64,000 nt of DNA from Glaucostegus cemiculus (Eukaryota), in NCBI GenBank assembly GCA_976551045.1, contig CDPCPM010000010.1, positions 2,170,001 through 2,234,000 on the forward strand, given 5' to 3'. Of the stretch, positions 14,177 through 25,347 are shown piece by piece. The translations under genes and the position numbers were made by a program. The number at the start of each line of letters is the position of its first letter. Position 1 is the stretch's first letter. The notes under the pieces are model-generated. The model had not been told where the DNA came from and did no database searches. It saw only the letters and a program-made list of their open reading frames with translations.

Positions 14177-14560
14177 CAAGAACACAACAAAATAAGAGCA
14201 GGTGTAGGCTACCTGGCCCCTCAAGCCTGTCCTGTCGTTTAATATGATCATTACTGGTCTATCCCGGGCCTCAACTCCTCTTTTGTGCCAGATCCCCATC
14301 ACTCTTAATCACCCAGGTTTATCTACCTCTACAAGAAATACTTCTGATGATCCAGTCTCCACAGCTCTCAGGGGGCAGAGAATTCCAAAGGTTTACAGCC
14401 CTCTGTGAGAAGAAATTTCTACATACTTTGGCTTTAAATGACTGGCTCCTTATCTCTAAACTATGTTACTTCATTCGAGACTCTCCCACTAGTGCAAACA
14501 TCTCCACATCTACCCTATCTGGCCCCTTTGGAATATAATGTGTTTCAATCATCTCCAATC
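14177..14560 (-). mobile_element. CR1 3' end fragment
   Basis: CAAAATAAGAGCAGGTGTAGGCTACCTGGCCCCTCAAGCC...GGGCAGAGAATTCCAAAG...CTCTGTGAGAAGAAATT, the reverse complement of a CR1 3' end. Confidence 0.75.
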
Positions 14561-16613
14561 CTCTTCTTCTGCTGAGTTCCTGATTCTACAAGGGCAGGAA
14601 ATTACAGAGGAAAGGCCTTTGCATACATTTGTACACGTGAGGCCTACTGTTAGAATAGCAGAGCTTTCTGCCTCATCCAAAATGGGTGCACATCCTCCAC
14701 CCAGTACCTCTTCAACATGTGTTCTTATGTATTAAAAAAATATTGCACCATAAAGTACATGAGTGTTCCAGTTACTGACATTACCCTCAGCATTAATCAC
14801 GATTGTAAATACTCTAAATCCCTCTTCATCATATTTTAATTGTAACAAGGAAGGAAAAAGAGTGGAAAGGAATTTCATCCTCTGACAAACTGGACCTGAA
14901 ATTCAGAAACGTTGTGTGTTTAGAGGGAGAATTTCTACCTCAAAATCCTTGGAAACAGTTGAGACTTTTTCTTGTTAACCAAATTGTGTATGATTTCCTA
15001 ATCAGACATTTCCAGCAAGAACTGGTAGGACTCCAAAATTAACTTGATTTTTCTTACTTATCCAAGCAAGTTAATTTGACTCAAAGTTCAAGTGAGCCTG
15101 CTGGTCTGTCATTGTAAGTAAAACTAGTTTTAAATAGTCAATTACCAAACACATCAGTGCTTCTACTTATTTTGTAATCCTTGCATTTGGGACTCACTTA
15201 AATTACAATCAGAATTCCTACAAACAGATTTTAACAGTAGGCATTAATACATTTCTGCCATAAAATATAATGCTTTTCTGTAAAATAATAATGAGTGAGT
15301 TACAATGTATAAGTGAATCTGAGGCTAAAATGATGTTGCTGATGGTATCTGAGTTCCTATTTGAGAATTGCTTTATAATACACCTATTATTATCACACAT
15401 TTTAAATTGAGAACATCATTCAAGTTAATCAGGCCATTTTTTGTTTGCCTGATCAAGTCTTCAGTTTACTTTAAGTTACATTGATTAATAAAAGCAGTTC
15501 AGTTTCACTAGAAACCTTTCTCTTAGGAAGTTAATAGTGCACTGACACAGGGCATTCTTTTTTTGCTATTTTATGAACACTTCCTTTTACAATCTTTCAT
15601 CTCGTCATAACATGCAAAAAGTTTAGCTCCCTGAAGTGTGTAATTGTAGGGGTGGAGTGCAGGTTTTAAAACAAAGGCAATATTGTCTACAGGATGGAAA
15701 TTTTCCAGAATATGCCTATGATATGCTGGTAAGAAATAGCATAGTTGCTCACAGAATGTTTATTTTTTATCCATTCTAACAGAAAATGGAACAGTTTTAC
15801 ATTAATCCATTACTTTCATGTGAGCTGTACAGTAAAAGTTAATGATCACATGTGGCTTGAAAGGTAATTGCCTTGAAGCTGAAATTAAATGATTAGAACC
15901 TCAGCCTTTTAGTGCGTGAATGATGAGGGTGGTTACCATAATATGGAAGACAATTTGATGAAAATATTCCAGATGAATGTTTAGCATCTTTGAGAAGGCA
16001 CATTTCTGAGGCATAATTTCTAGTATATATTGGCAGCAATGAACCTCACCCAATATTGTCCGTGTTATAAATAGTCTCATTGCTTCCTCACCAATTTCCG
16101 ATGGCCAATAATGCTATGTGAAGATCTTTGCTATTGGTACGTACTCTGCTAAACTGAGGCTCTTATGTAGTATTTTACAAATAATTTGTAATGTAATCAT
16201 GTGCTAAATCTTGTGCACTGCTTAGAAATAGTATCCTGTAGAAAAAACTTTGAATGTTTTCAATGAAACTATTTTTGTGAGGCAAGTCAATTTAGGGTGA
16301 AGGAACCAAGGTGAGTAGATGTAGTTAAGGGCAGAACGTTGTTTAGGTCATGCTCAATGCAGCCATGTATGAAATGCAAATGGAACTATTTACTGTGTAG
16401 ACATCAGACTCTTTCATCCTTGTGAAGGAAAACCATCAATAATGCAGCTGGTCAAGTCCTGTACTCTGCCTTCTTGGAGCAATGTCCTTTGCTGAAGATG
16501 ACCAAATTGCAACGAGCACAGTCATCTTCATTTTTGCTATGTACAGCTCAAACCAACTGAGAGCTTTTAACCTGACTCAGACTGAATTATTTGGGAATTC
16601 AGTTCTTAAGTCC

Positions 16614-17705
16614 AAGAACATAAGAGCACAATAAATAGCAGGAGGAGGAGGACAAATACCTCCTGGACCATGTCTCAACATTTATTAGGACCACTGTCAA
16701 TCTGACCTTGACCTCAAATCCATTTCCCTGGCTATTACCTGTAACATGTAAACTACTTACAGTTCAAAAATCCATCCATGTCAGTCTTGAAAATATTTAA
16801 CAGCTCATTCTCTACAACTCTCTGGGATGGAAATTTCCATGGATTTGTGACTGTCTCAGTAAAAAAAAATCAAATGGTTGAAACCTTATACGGAAGCCAT
16901 GGTGCCTAGTGGAGATTTTCCATGAAGGGAAAATACCCTTTCAGCATCTCCCATGCCAAGGCCCCTCAGAATCTTATACACTTCAACAAAGTTTTGGCGG
17001 CACGATAGCGTAGCGGTTAGCGCGATGCTGTTACAGCACTGGCGATCGGGGTTCAATACCCATTGCTGACTGTAAGGAGTTTGTACATTCTCCCGTGTCT
17101 GTGTGGGTTTCCTCCGGGTGCTCCGGTTTCCTCCCACATTCTAAAAGACGCATGGGTAGGTTAATTTGGGGGGTTTAAAATGGGCGACGCGGACTCGTTG
17201 GGCCGAAAGGGCCTGTTACCACACTGTAAATAAAATTTAAAAATTTGAAGTGTCTCTCACTTCTCTGAACTTCAGTGAGTAAAGGTCCAATTCCGGTCAA
17301 CCTTGCCACTTAAGATAACCCCTTCACTCCAGTAACCTTGTCTGAACTATCTCCAATACAAGGATGTCACTCTTTTCATAAGGAGACCAAAACTATACAT
17401 AGTACTCCAAGTGTGGTCTTACTAATGCTCAATACAGTTGTTGCAAGATTTCCGAGATTTTTGCACCATTCTCTTGTAATGAAGTGCAATATTTCATTCA
17501 TCTTCTTAATTACTTGCTATACCTGCATTTCGTTTCTGTGCTTCATGTACAAGGACAGCAGCATTTCTATAGTCTGTCTGCAATTAAATAATATTCTGCT
17601 TTTCTATTCTTTTTTCCATACCTCATATTTCTCCACACTATAAACCATGAGACAGATGTTTGCCCTGTCACTTAAGCTATCTCTGTCACTTGCAGACTCT
17701 TTGGC
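16614..17705 (-). mobile_element. Decayed CR1 3' portion, interrupted by a SINE
   Basis: AAGAACATAAGA tail, AGTACTCCAAGTGTGGTCT (RPHLEY motif in antisense) and other CR1 ORF2 remnants. Confidence 0.75.
16996..17246 (+). mobile_element. Young V-SINE (HE1-like)
   Basis: GGCGGCACGATAGCGTAGCGGTTAG head, GGTTCAATACC B box, V-domain and CR1-type tail. Confidence 0.92.
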
Positions 17706-18044
17706 CAAAATTGGATCTATTTGCATTTGTTTGTCACAAATAACGTTAGTTTTGTGCCTGCTTTGAAGTGGTTGCACATATTTCCTGCAGAAGTCTTGCC
17801 CAGTGGGACATTGGATTGGACACATCTTGTTGCATTCTACCCTAACCCAAGTTTCCAAGTTTCATTTCTCCCTCAAGTTTCCTACATGTATACAGAACTC
17901 GTTTTAATTCCTTAACAAAAGAAATTGGACCAAAAGATCAAAGTTTATGACCTTAGTGAATAACTCACACCTAGATGACATGTGCATCGCACTGAAAATG
18001 GTGAACCATGTTTGATTTAATCTATCCCTCCTCCTGAGGGTATC

Positions 18045-18990
18045 ATAGAGTCACACAGCACAGAACCAGGCCTTTCAGCCTAACTGGTCCATGCTGGCCA
18101 AGGTGCCTCATCCAGCGATTGACCCATAACTTTCTAAACCTTTCCAATCTATGTACCAGTCCAAGTGTCTTTTAAAAGTTGGTATTGTATCTGCCCCAGC
18201 CAGTTCCTCTGGCAACTCATTCCACATGGATACCACCCTTTGCGTAAAAACAACGTTGCCCCTCATGTTCCCTCTTAAATCTTTCCCCTCTCTCCTTAAT
18301 CTAAGCCCTTAATAAAGCCCTCTAAGTTCTTGATACCCCAACTCTGTGAAAAACACTGAGTACATTCACCTCATTTATGCCCCTCATTTCATGCACCTCT
18401 ATAAGGCTCCTCTCAGTCTCCTACGCTCTAAGGAATAAAGTTCTAACTTAGAACGTAGAACATAGATACCTACAGCACAACTCAGGCCCTTCAGCCCTCA
18501 AAGCTGTGCCGAACAAACTTGTCCAACCACTCCCTATAACTCAGTCCTTCAAGTCCCGGCAGCATCCTTGTAAATCTTTTCTGCACTCTTTCCAGTTTAA
18601 AAACATCTTTCCTATCACAGGGTGACTAAAACTGAACACAGTACTCCAAGTGCAGCCTCACCAGTATCCTGTACAACTGCACCATAACCTCCCAACTTTT
18701 ATACTCAGTGCCCTGGTTTATGAATGCCAGTGTGCCAAAAGCCTTCTTCACCACTCTGTCTACCTGTGACTCCACTTTCAGAGAACCATGAACTTGTACT
18801 GTAAGATCACTCTGTTCTACAACACTCCCGAGAGCCCTGCCGTTCCCTGTGAAAGTCCTACCTGGATTTGACTTTCCAAAATGAAACACCTTGCACTTAT
18901 CCGAATTGAACTCCATTTCCTATTCCTCAGCCCAATTACTCAGCTGATCAAGATTCCTCTGTGATTTTTGATAACCTCCTTCATGGACCA
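18045..18990 (-). mobile_element. CR1 3' fragment with a nested short CR1 tail (about 18448-18515)
   Basis: ORF 18626-18916 reads MEFNSDKCKVFHFG...RLHLEYCVQF. Tails at 18045 and 18448. Confidence 0.88.
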
Positions 18991-20204
18991 CAATCGTTAA
19001 GTATTTAAAAAATTCTCCCATGAAACTTTTATGATGGGGAAATGGAATGGGTAAGTCTCCATAAAGTTGGACGCTTCTGTGAACCCTTGATCTGTGAACT
19101 CAGTGGCTGCCATGGATTTCAGGATCTTGGGACCACCCATAATCACAAGTGCGATCAGTCTCACTCCATAGTGAGGGAGTGGGGATGTTTCCCTCAGACC
19201 CCTGTTTTCCCACTCTCCGTGAAGAGGTCTCTTTAAAACATTGGCCATTTTCTGCTGGTCAGTGGACAAATGGCATGTGGCAGATGCAAGCAGTTGTTGT
19301 CTTTGAAAAACAGGTCATGTTAAAATTGCTGGAAGGGGGCAGATTACAGTAAAGATAGCAATTTCTTAAAGCAAGAATGTCCCAATTTCGGGATTTTTAT
19401 TTGCGATTTCCAATATGGTATTATTTCTATGCACCACACCCATTTAATGGACACAAAATGCCCAAAGTCCATTAAAACAATCACTCCTGATTAAAACATC
19501 AGCAGCAAAATCACACACAGCAGGCAGCCAATTGACATAAGTAGTTTGGAAACTGATCACTGTATTTATATAAAATGATGATTGCTTCCTCAAAGTATAC
19601 ATGTATATAGATCTTGTTTTAATACTGGGACAGAACAAATGTGATATGATGATTTAATGGGGCATCTCAAGACTGCTGAGTCAAAGGGCTATGATATTGG
19701 ATTCCAGTCAACTCCTTGAGGCACATCAAGATTCCAATCTATGGGACATTGATAAGATCAGGATAAAAGAGTAGTACAAGGAGATGTGAAATGCACAAGG
19801 TAGCTGAGAGTAGCCATTGATACAGGAAAACAATTGATAATGAGGTAGGCATGGGACCACTAGGCAACTTGAAGTATTTGGCACTACTGAAACAAAATGC
19901 TCCCTGTCTCAAGCTTATACGTAGGACCATGGGAGTTTTAGATATCTCACCAGAAATGGTCACATTTGATGGACTGTCAAGTATTACTATTGTATCTATA
20001 AAGTGCAAAACACAATGAGTTTGATTTTTATGAGACTCTGCCACCTGGTCTTCCTGCATGTTTGGTTGTACAGAACAAAGGCCTGTTACACCCACTGCTC
20101 TGGACTCCAAGTAACTTTTTAAACCACAATACACCTCACTAGTCATGACTTACCAGCTGAGGAGTGACTCATTTTCCCAGGCTGTCTATTCCCTGTCATT
20201 TAGT

Positions 20205-21990
20205 CAACCCTCGATCCATGCTGATATTTTATGCAAAATGCCATGTGCACTGTCACCTTGGCAATGACTTGTATAGTAACCTATTATGTAACTGATTATA
20301 GTAAACTCTTATGTGGCATCTTATTAAACAGCTCTGGGGAATTCAAATACATTACATCTACAGGTACCCCTTTATCCAGCCTGCTTGTTACATTCTCAAA
20401 GAACTCTTAATAAATCTGTCAAACACAATTTCCCTTTCAAACAGCCACATTGACTGTTTGAGTGTACAATGATTTTCTAAATGCTACTCAATGGATTCCA
20501 ACATTTTTCCAATGACATATGAGGATCTAACTAGCCTATGATTTCTTGCTTTCCATTTCCTTCCTTTCTTGAATAGTGGTTTTCTGATTTGCTGGGATCT
20601 TTCCAAGATCCAAAAAACTTTGGAAGAGCACAGACAATGGATCCTCTATCTCCACAAGCACTTATTTCAAAATCCCAGTACAGAAGCCATCAGGACCAGG
20701 GGACTTGTCAAACTATTGTCTGTTAGTTTGCCTTGACTTTTACTTCAGTGATAACGATTGTTTTCTGTTCCTTCCTCCCTTTTGATCCTGCTATTATTGT
20801 GATGCTTTCAGTATCTTCTGACATGAAGTGTTTGTTCAAAGTCTGCAATTTCCTCATTTCCTGTTATGAGTATCCCAGTGTCGTCTTCTAAGCAATCAAC
20901 ATTTACTTAGCCACTTCTTTTTAGTCAGGCTTTGGTAGAAGCTTTGAACAGATATTTTTTTATTATTCTTGCTAGTTGACCCTGTAATTTATTTTCCCAC
21001 TTTTTAATTACTCATCCTTCGCTAGTTGTAAAGTGTTCCCAGTCTTGTGACCTGTGACTGATGTTCACAACACCGTATGTCCTGACTTACAATGTGATAC
21101 CGTCCTTGATTTGTCATAGATGGATCATTCTTACCTCTCAATGGAATGTAGCTTTGTTGAGCATTTTAAGATATATCTACAATCTTACCTTTGAAACTAT
21201 CTTCTCAGTCCAATGTTTGTAACTCCACCTTCATACCTTCTACTTGCCTTTATTGAAATCTAGTTTCAAACCTATGTTTCTTACTCTCAAAATGATTGTG
21301 AAATTCGATCATGTTATTACTCTCTTCCTCAGATGATCCTTTACTATAACATGATTCATTAATCCTGCCTCATTACACAAGATCAGTTCTAAAATAACCT
21401 TTTCCCTGTTTGGTTCCAGAATGTGTCGTTCAAAGAAACTAGTAAACTCTGAGCACATCCTCAAAGCTATCTTTGCAGACTTCATTTGTCCAAACTACAC
21501 AAAGTTTAAATTCACCTAAGATTATTGCTTTATTTTAATATCTCCATTCATCTGACTGCAGGGCACATTATCTTCCCCCCTCACCCTTCTGACTCCCAAC
21601 TTGAATGCCCTCCTCTAGTTATACGTACTTTGTTCATCCCCTCGGTAGCCTCTTCATGTCCACACAGAACCTCATATACCTGTTGAATATTGTAAGGCCT
21701 GATGGCCCCTGTGCTTGGATCCCATTTGTGCCTCACTCATTGTCATTATTTTCCTACCCTGTCCACTGACCAAACCTATTCCACATGTCCAAAGGAGTGT
21801 GACTGCCTCCTGATCAAATTATTCCGGTAACTTTCTTCTTTCCTGGGCATTGCAGTGTCCAAAGCTCAGACTCTTGGTCATGAACTTTAAGTTAGGAAGC
21901 CATTGGGTTAAAGACACTCACCACAAGTGTGGCTACCGTGGATTGAAATGATCTGCATCAATTGCCATTTGTCATGGTCACAACATATCA
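20205..21990 (-). mobile_element. Old, internally deleted CR1 with ORF2 and ORF1 remnants
   Basis: Antisense remnants of VYL.F.K, QCGC(F)LKG, KSPGPDG and SDHN-type motifs. An ORF1 coiled-coil-like remnant lies near 21800-21940. Confidence 0.6.
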
Positions 21991-22479
21991 TCTCCTTCGC
22001 CAAGTCTGTCATAATGTAATTTATTTAAATAGTAATTAAAATTTTCAACTGGCTATTTTGCCTAGTTAATATTTTAGCTTTAAGACAGTGATTTAGGTTA
22101 ACAATTTTGGTCTGGATTATGATTTGGAACAAACCCATTTAACATAAAGGGAAGAAAAATCATACAAAAATCACCAGCCAATTACTTTCCTACCTTCCTG
22201 GAATGTTACACTTTCATTTCTTCCCCCATTTTAAATCACTTGATTTACATTGCTGCCACTCACGCTTCTTATTAAATCAATTGTGAAACCTAAATAAAAG
22301 CAGCAACACAGCACCTCTTTTCCTTGCTTGACCTAAATCCCATACATCACTAAAATCCGACCTCCTCAGTCTGTCGAAAAGCAGACACGATGTGCATAAG
22401 CACAAAAGACGCTAGTTTGATAGTCTCAGCCTCAGCTGACATTAATTATCAGGTAACTGATTCTATCTGACCAATGAAC

Positions 22480-23090
22480 TAACTGAGTATCAATATCTGC
22501 ATCATCCCCTCCCCTGTGCAGATGGACACAAGGTAATTATTTAGAATTACACAAGTCTTCTGCCTCCATGCTTGGGCTATTTTTTTATCTCCAATAGGAC
22601 CCACACTTTTCTTCACATATTTATAAAGCACCTCAGGGCTTTCCTGATTTAACCTGTCAGTATTTTCTCATAGAATTTTTTCCCCTTCTTAATTTCTTTT
22701 TTTTTTAAATTTCACCCCTGCACTTTCTGTAACCTTCTCTGCTTTCCACAATGGTGAGCTCTCAGCATTTCTCATGTTTACCTTTTTTTGCCTTGTGTAT
22801 GTTCCTTACTATCCAAGGGCAGCTTAGATGTATGAATTCTCCCTTTACATTAATTGGTAACATATTTGGCCTGAGCCTTCACTATCTTCTCCTTGAATAC
22901 TTCCCACTGTTCAAAACACTGTTTCCAGCCCATTTTTGCATTATCATACCTTAGTCTAGTAAAGCTGACCTTGCCCCAGGTTTGGAGTTTTCATTCCTGG
23001 TTATCCTTGTCCTTTTCCATGACTAAGCTAAATGTGCTGAATTATTTGCTTTACTTCCAAAATGCATTCCCACTACAATGGTATCATGTA
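22480..23090 (-). mobile_element. Decayed CR1 ORF2 fragment
   Basis: Degenerate antisense similarity to the CR1 endonuclease-RT linker. Confidence 0.5.
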
Positions 23091-23109
23091 GTCCATCTGT
23101 GCCCTCAGT

Positions 23110-23535
23110 TCATAGAACAAACAGTACAGCACAGTACGGGCCCTTCGGTTCATGATGTTTAGCCAACCTATATAAACCTAATCCACATTCAATCTATTAC
23201 CCTCTTGACTTCACCTCCCATAACCTTCTATTTTTCTTTCATCCATGTGCCTATCTAAGAGTGTCTTAAATGACCCTATCATATTGACCCCTACCATTAA
23301 CCGGCAGTGCGTACCAGGCACCCACCACTCGCTGTGTAAAAAAAAAACTTACCTCTGACGTCTCCCCTAAACTTTCCTTCACGCATCTTAAACAGATGAC
23401 CTCTAGTATTGGTCATTACTGTCCTGGGGAAAAGGTGCTGGTTGTCTACTCCGTCTATGCCTCTCGTAATCTTATATACCTCTATCAAGTTGCCTCTCAT
23501 CCTCCGTCGCTCTAAAGAGAAAAGCCCTAACTCAG
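23110..23535 (-). mobile_element. CR1 3' end
   Basis: ORF 23297-23500 reads MRGNLIEVYKI...TRGHLFK...RGKFF, with a CATAGAACA tail. Confidence 0.88.
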
Positions 23536-23804
23536 TGCATTTATTTGCCTTTCAGTGCCTTTACTTGCAAACCTTCTGTGCATGAAAGTATGAAGCCAAA
23601 CTTCTTTGATTCCTTTTTCCATCCTTTATTTCCACTGCCTTCCAAACTCGTTCCTCTGCCTTCCAGACCCCTAAACCTCAATCTTGCTCTTTTGAAGCTG
23701 CCGTCAGGTTCCCACCCCACTGTCAAGATGCACTTTACAGAACTGCTTGAAACAACACACAGCCACTACAATATTGTATGCATGTGGCGAAGAATTGCTA
23801 CTCC

Positions 23805-24080
23805 ATTCACCTGGCCGTTTGATCTGGAATCGTATGTAGGCCAGACTAGTTAGGCACTATAGACTTTCTTCCCTTGAGGGCCTTAGTAAGCTGAATAAGT
23901 TTTTTTTAAAAGAGAAAACAGCCCTTACACGGTGCTATTACAGATACTATTCTTTTCATTCCAAATTTACTTTCATTAATTGAGTTTACATTGCCTAACT
24001 TCCACAATGGCATTTAAACTCATGTATGGGGCTAATTAGTTGGTTTATTAGCCCAATAAGATGGCCATTTTATTGCTGTA
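23805..24080 (-). mobile_element. Old tRNA SINE, same family as 8185-8686
   Basis: CTGGAATCGTATGTAGGCCAG...TTCCCTTGAGGGCCTTAGTAAGC is the reverse complement of the 8370-8430 core. Confidence 0.55.
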
Positions 24081-24686
24081 CCCTTTTTGATCAGTATTAC
24101 CAAGACTTTTGCATGAAATTTGATTGATTCCAATCCCTAAATAACTCAGTTGTTAAATTACCAGTGCAGGACGGATTTCTGCAAAGCATTAAGACCTTGG
24201 GATTGTTTCCTTTACTGTGCTGAGTTAGCTGATGCTTGTGGGGTTAACACTTGAGATGGTACAATTGATCTACCTCTCTGGGCAAAGTCGGTGGTGGCTG
24301 CTGCATACATGATGTATAGACTTCAGGAGAATAGGTATTTGGGATTAACCTCTCAGTTAATTCCAACCTTAACTGAAGTGAGCAGCAGCTTTTGGGATCC
24401 TTCAGGGAATGCACATAGTTCAGTGCATCATTATTTAATTAGTAAGGTAGAAAGAGTTTCCCTTTATGATAGTGCTTCCCTTTATGATAGAATGATAGAT
24501 TGTCCGAACACATTTCCCAAGGAGCTCAAGAAATTTGCCGTTGGTTCTCCAATAAACTTTGGTGCCTATCACACTTCCCCATTCAGGGAGACACCAAAAA
24601 TTCTGCAGATTTTGCAATCTGGAGCAATGCACAAAAAGTGCCGGAGGAACTCAGCAGGTCAGGCAGCATCCATGGAGGGAAATAAA

Positions 24687-24724
24687 CAGTTGACATTTCG
24701 GGCCGAGACCCTTCATCAGGACTG
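24687..24724 (-). ncRNA. Minimal type I hammerhead ribozyme motif in a PLE pLTR
   Basis: CAGT-C-CUGAUGA-A-GGGU(CUCG)GCCC-GAAA-UGUC-A-ACUG: conserved core, stem II, stem I and a GUC triplet. Apparent CpG decay in the stem III palindrome. Confidence 0.7.
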
Positions 24725-24903
24725 GAAAGGAAGAGGGCAAAAGCCAGAATAAGGAGGTAGGAGGAGGGGAAGGAGCACACGCAGGTTGGGGATAGGCGAG
24801 TCCAGGTGAGGGGGAGAAGATGTCATAAGCTGAGAGGTGATATGTAGAAGAGGCAAAGGGCTGAAGAAGAAGGAACCCTGTAGGAGAGGGCAGTGGACCA
24901 TGG

Positions 24904-25347
24904 NNNNNNNNNNNNNNNNNNNNNNNNNNNNNNNNNNNNNNNNNNNNNNNNNNNNNNNNNNNNNNNNNNNNNNNNNNNNNNNNNNNNNNNNNNNNNNNNN
25001 NNNNNNNNNNNNNNNNNNNNNNNNNNNNNNNNNNNNNNNNNNNNNNNNNNNNNNNNNNNNNNNNNNNNNNNNNNNNNNNNNNNNNNNNNNNNNNNNNNNN
25101 NNNNNNNNNNNNNNNNNNNNNNNNNNNNNNNNNNNNNNNNNNNNNNNNNNNNNNNNNNNNNNNNNNNNNNNNNNNNNNNNNNNNNNNNNNNNNNNNNNNN
25201 NNNNNNNNNNNNNNNNNNNNNNNNNNNNNNNNNNNNNNNNNNNNNNNNNNNNNNNNNNNNNNNNNNNNNNNNNNNNNNNNNNNNNNNNNNNNNNNNNNNN
25301 NNNNNNNNNNNNNNNNNNNNNNNNNNNNNNNNNNNNNNNNNNNNNNN
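24904..25347. other. Assembly gap (N run)
   Basis: 444 Ns. Confidence 1.

Noticed and set aside
16996-17075. tRNA gene
   Set aside because: The A/B boxes belong to a SINE head that continues into the V-domain; no complete cloverleaf.
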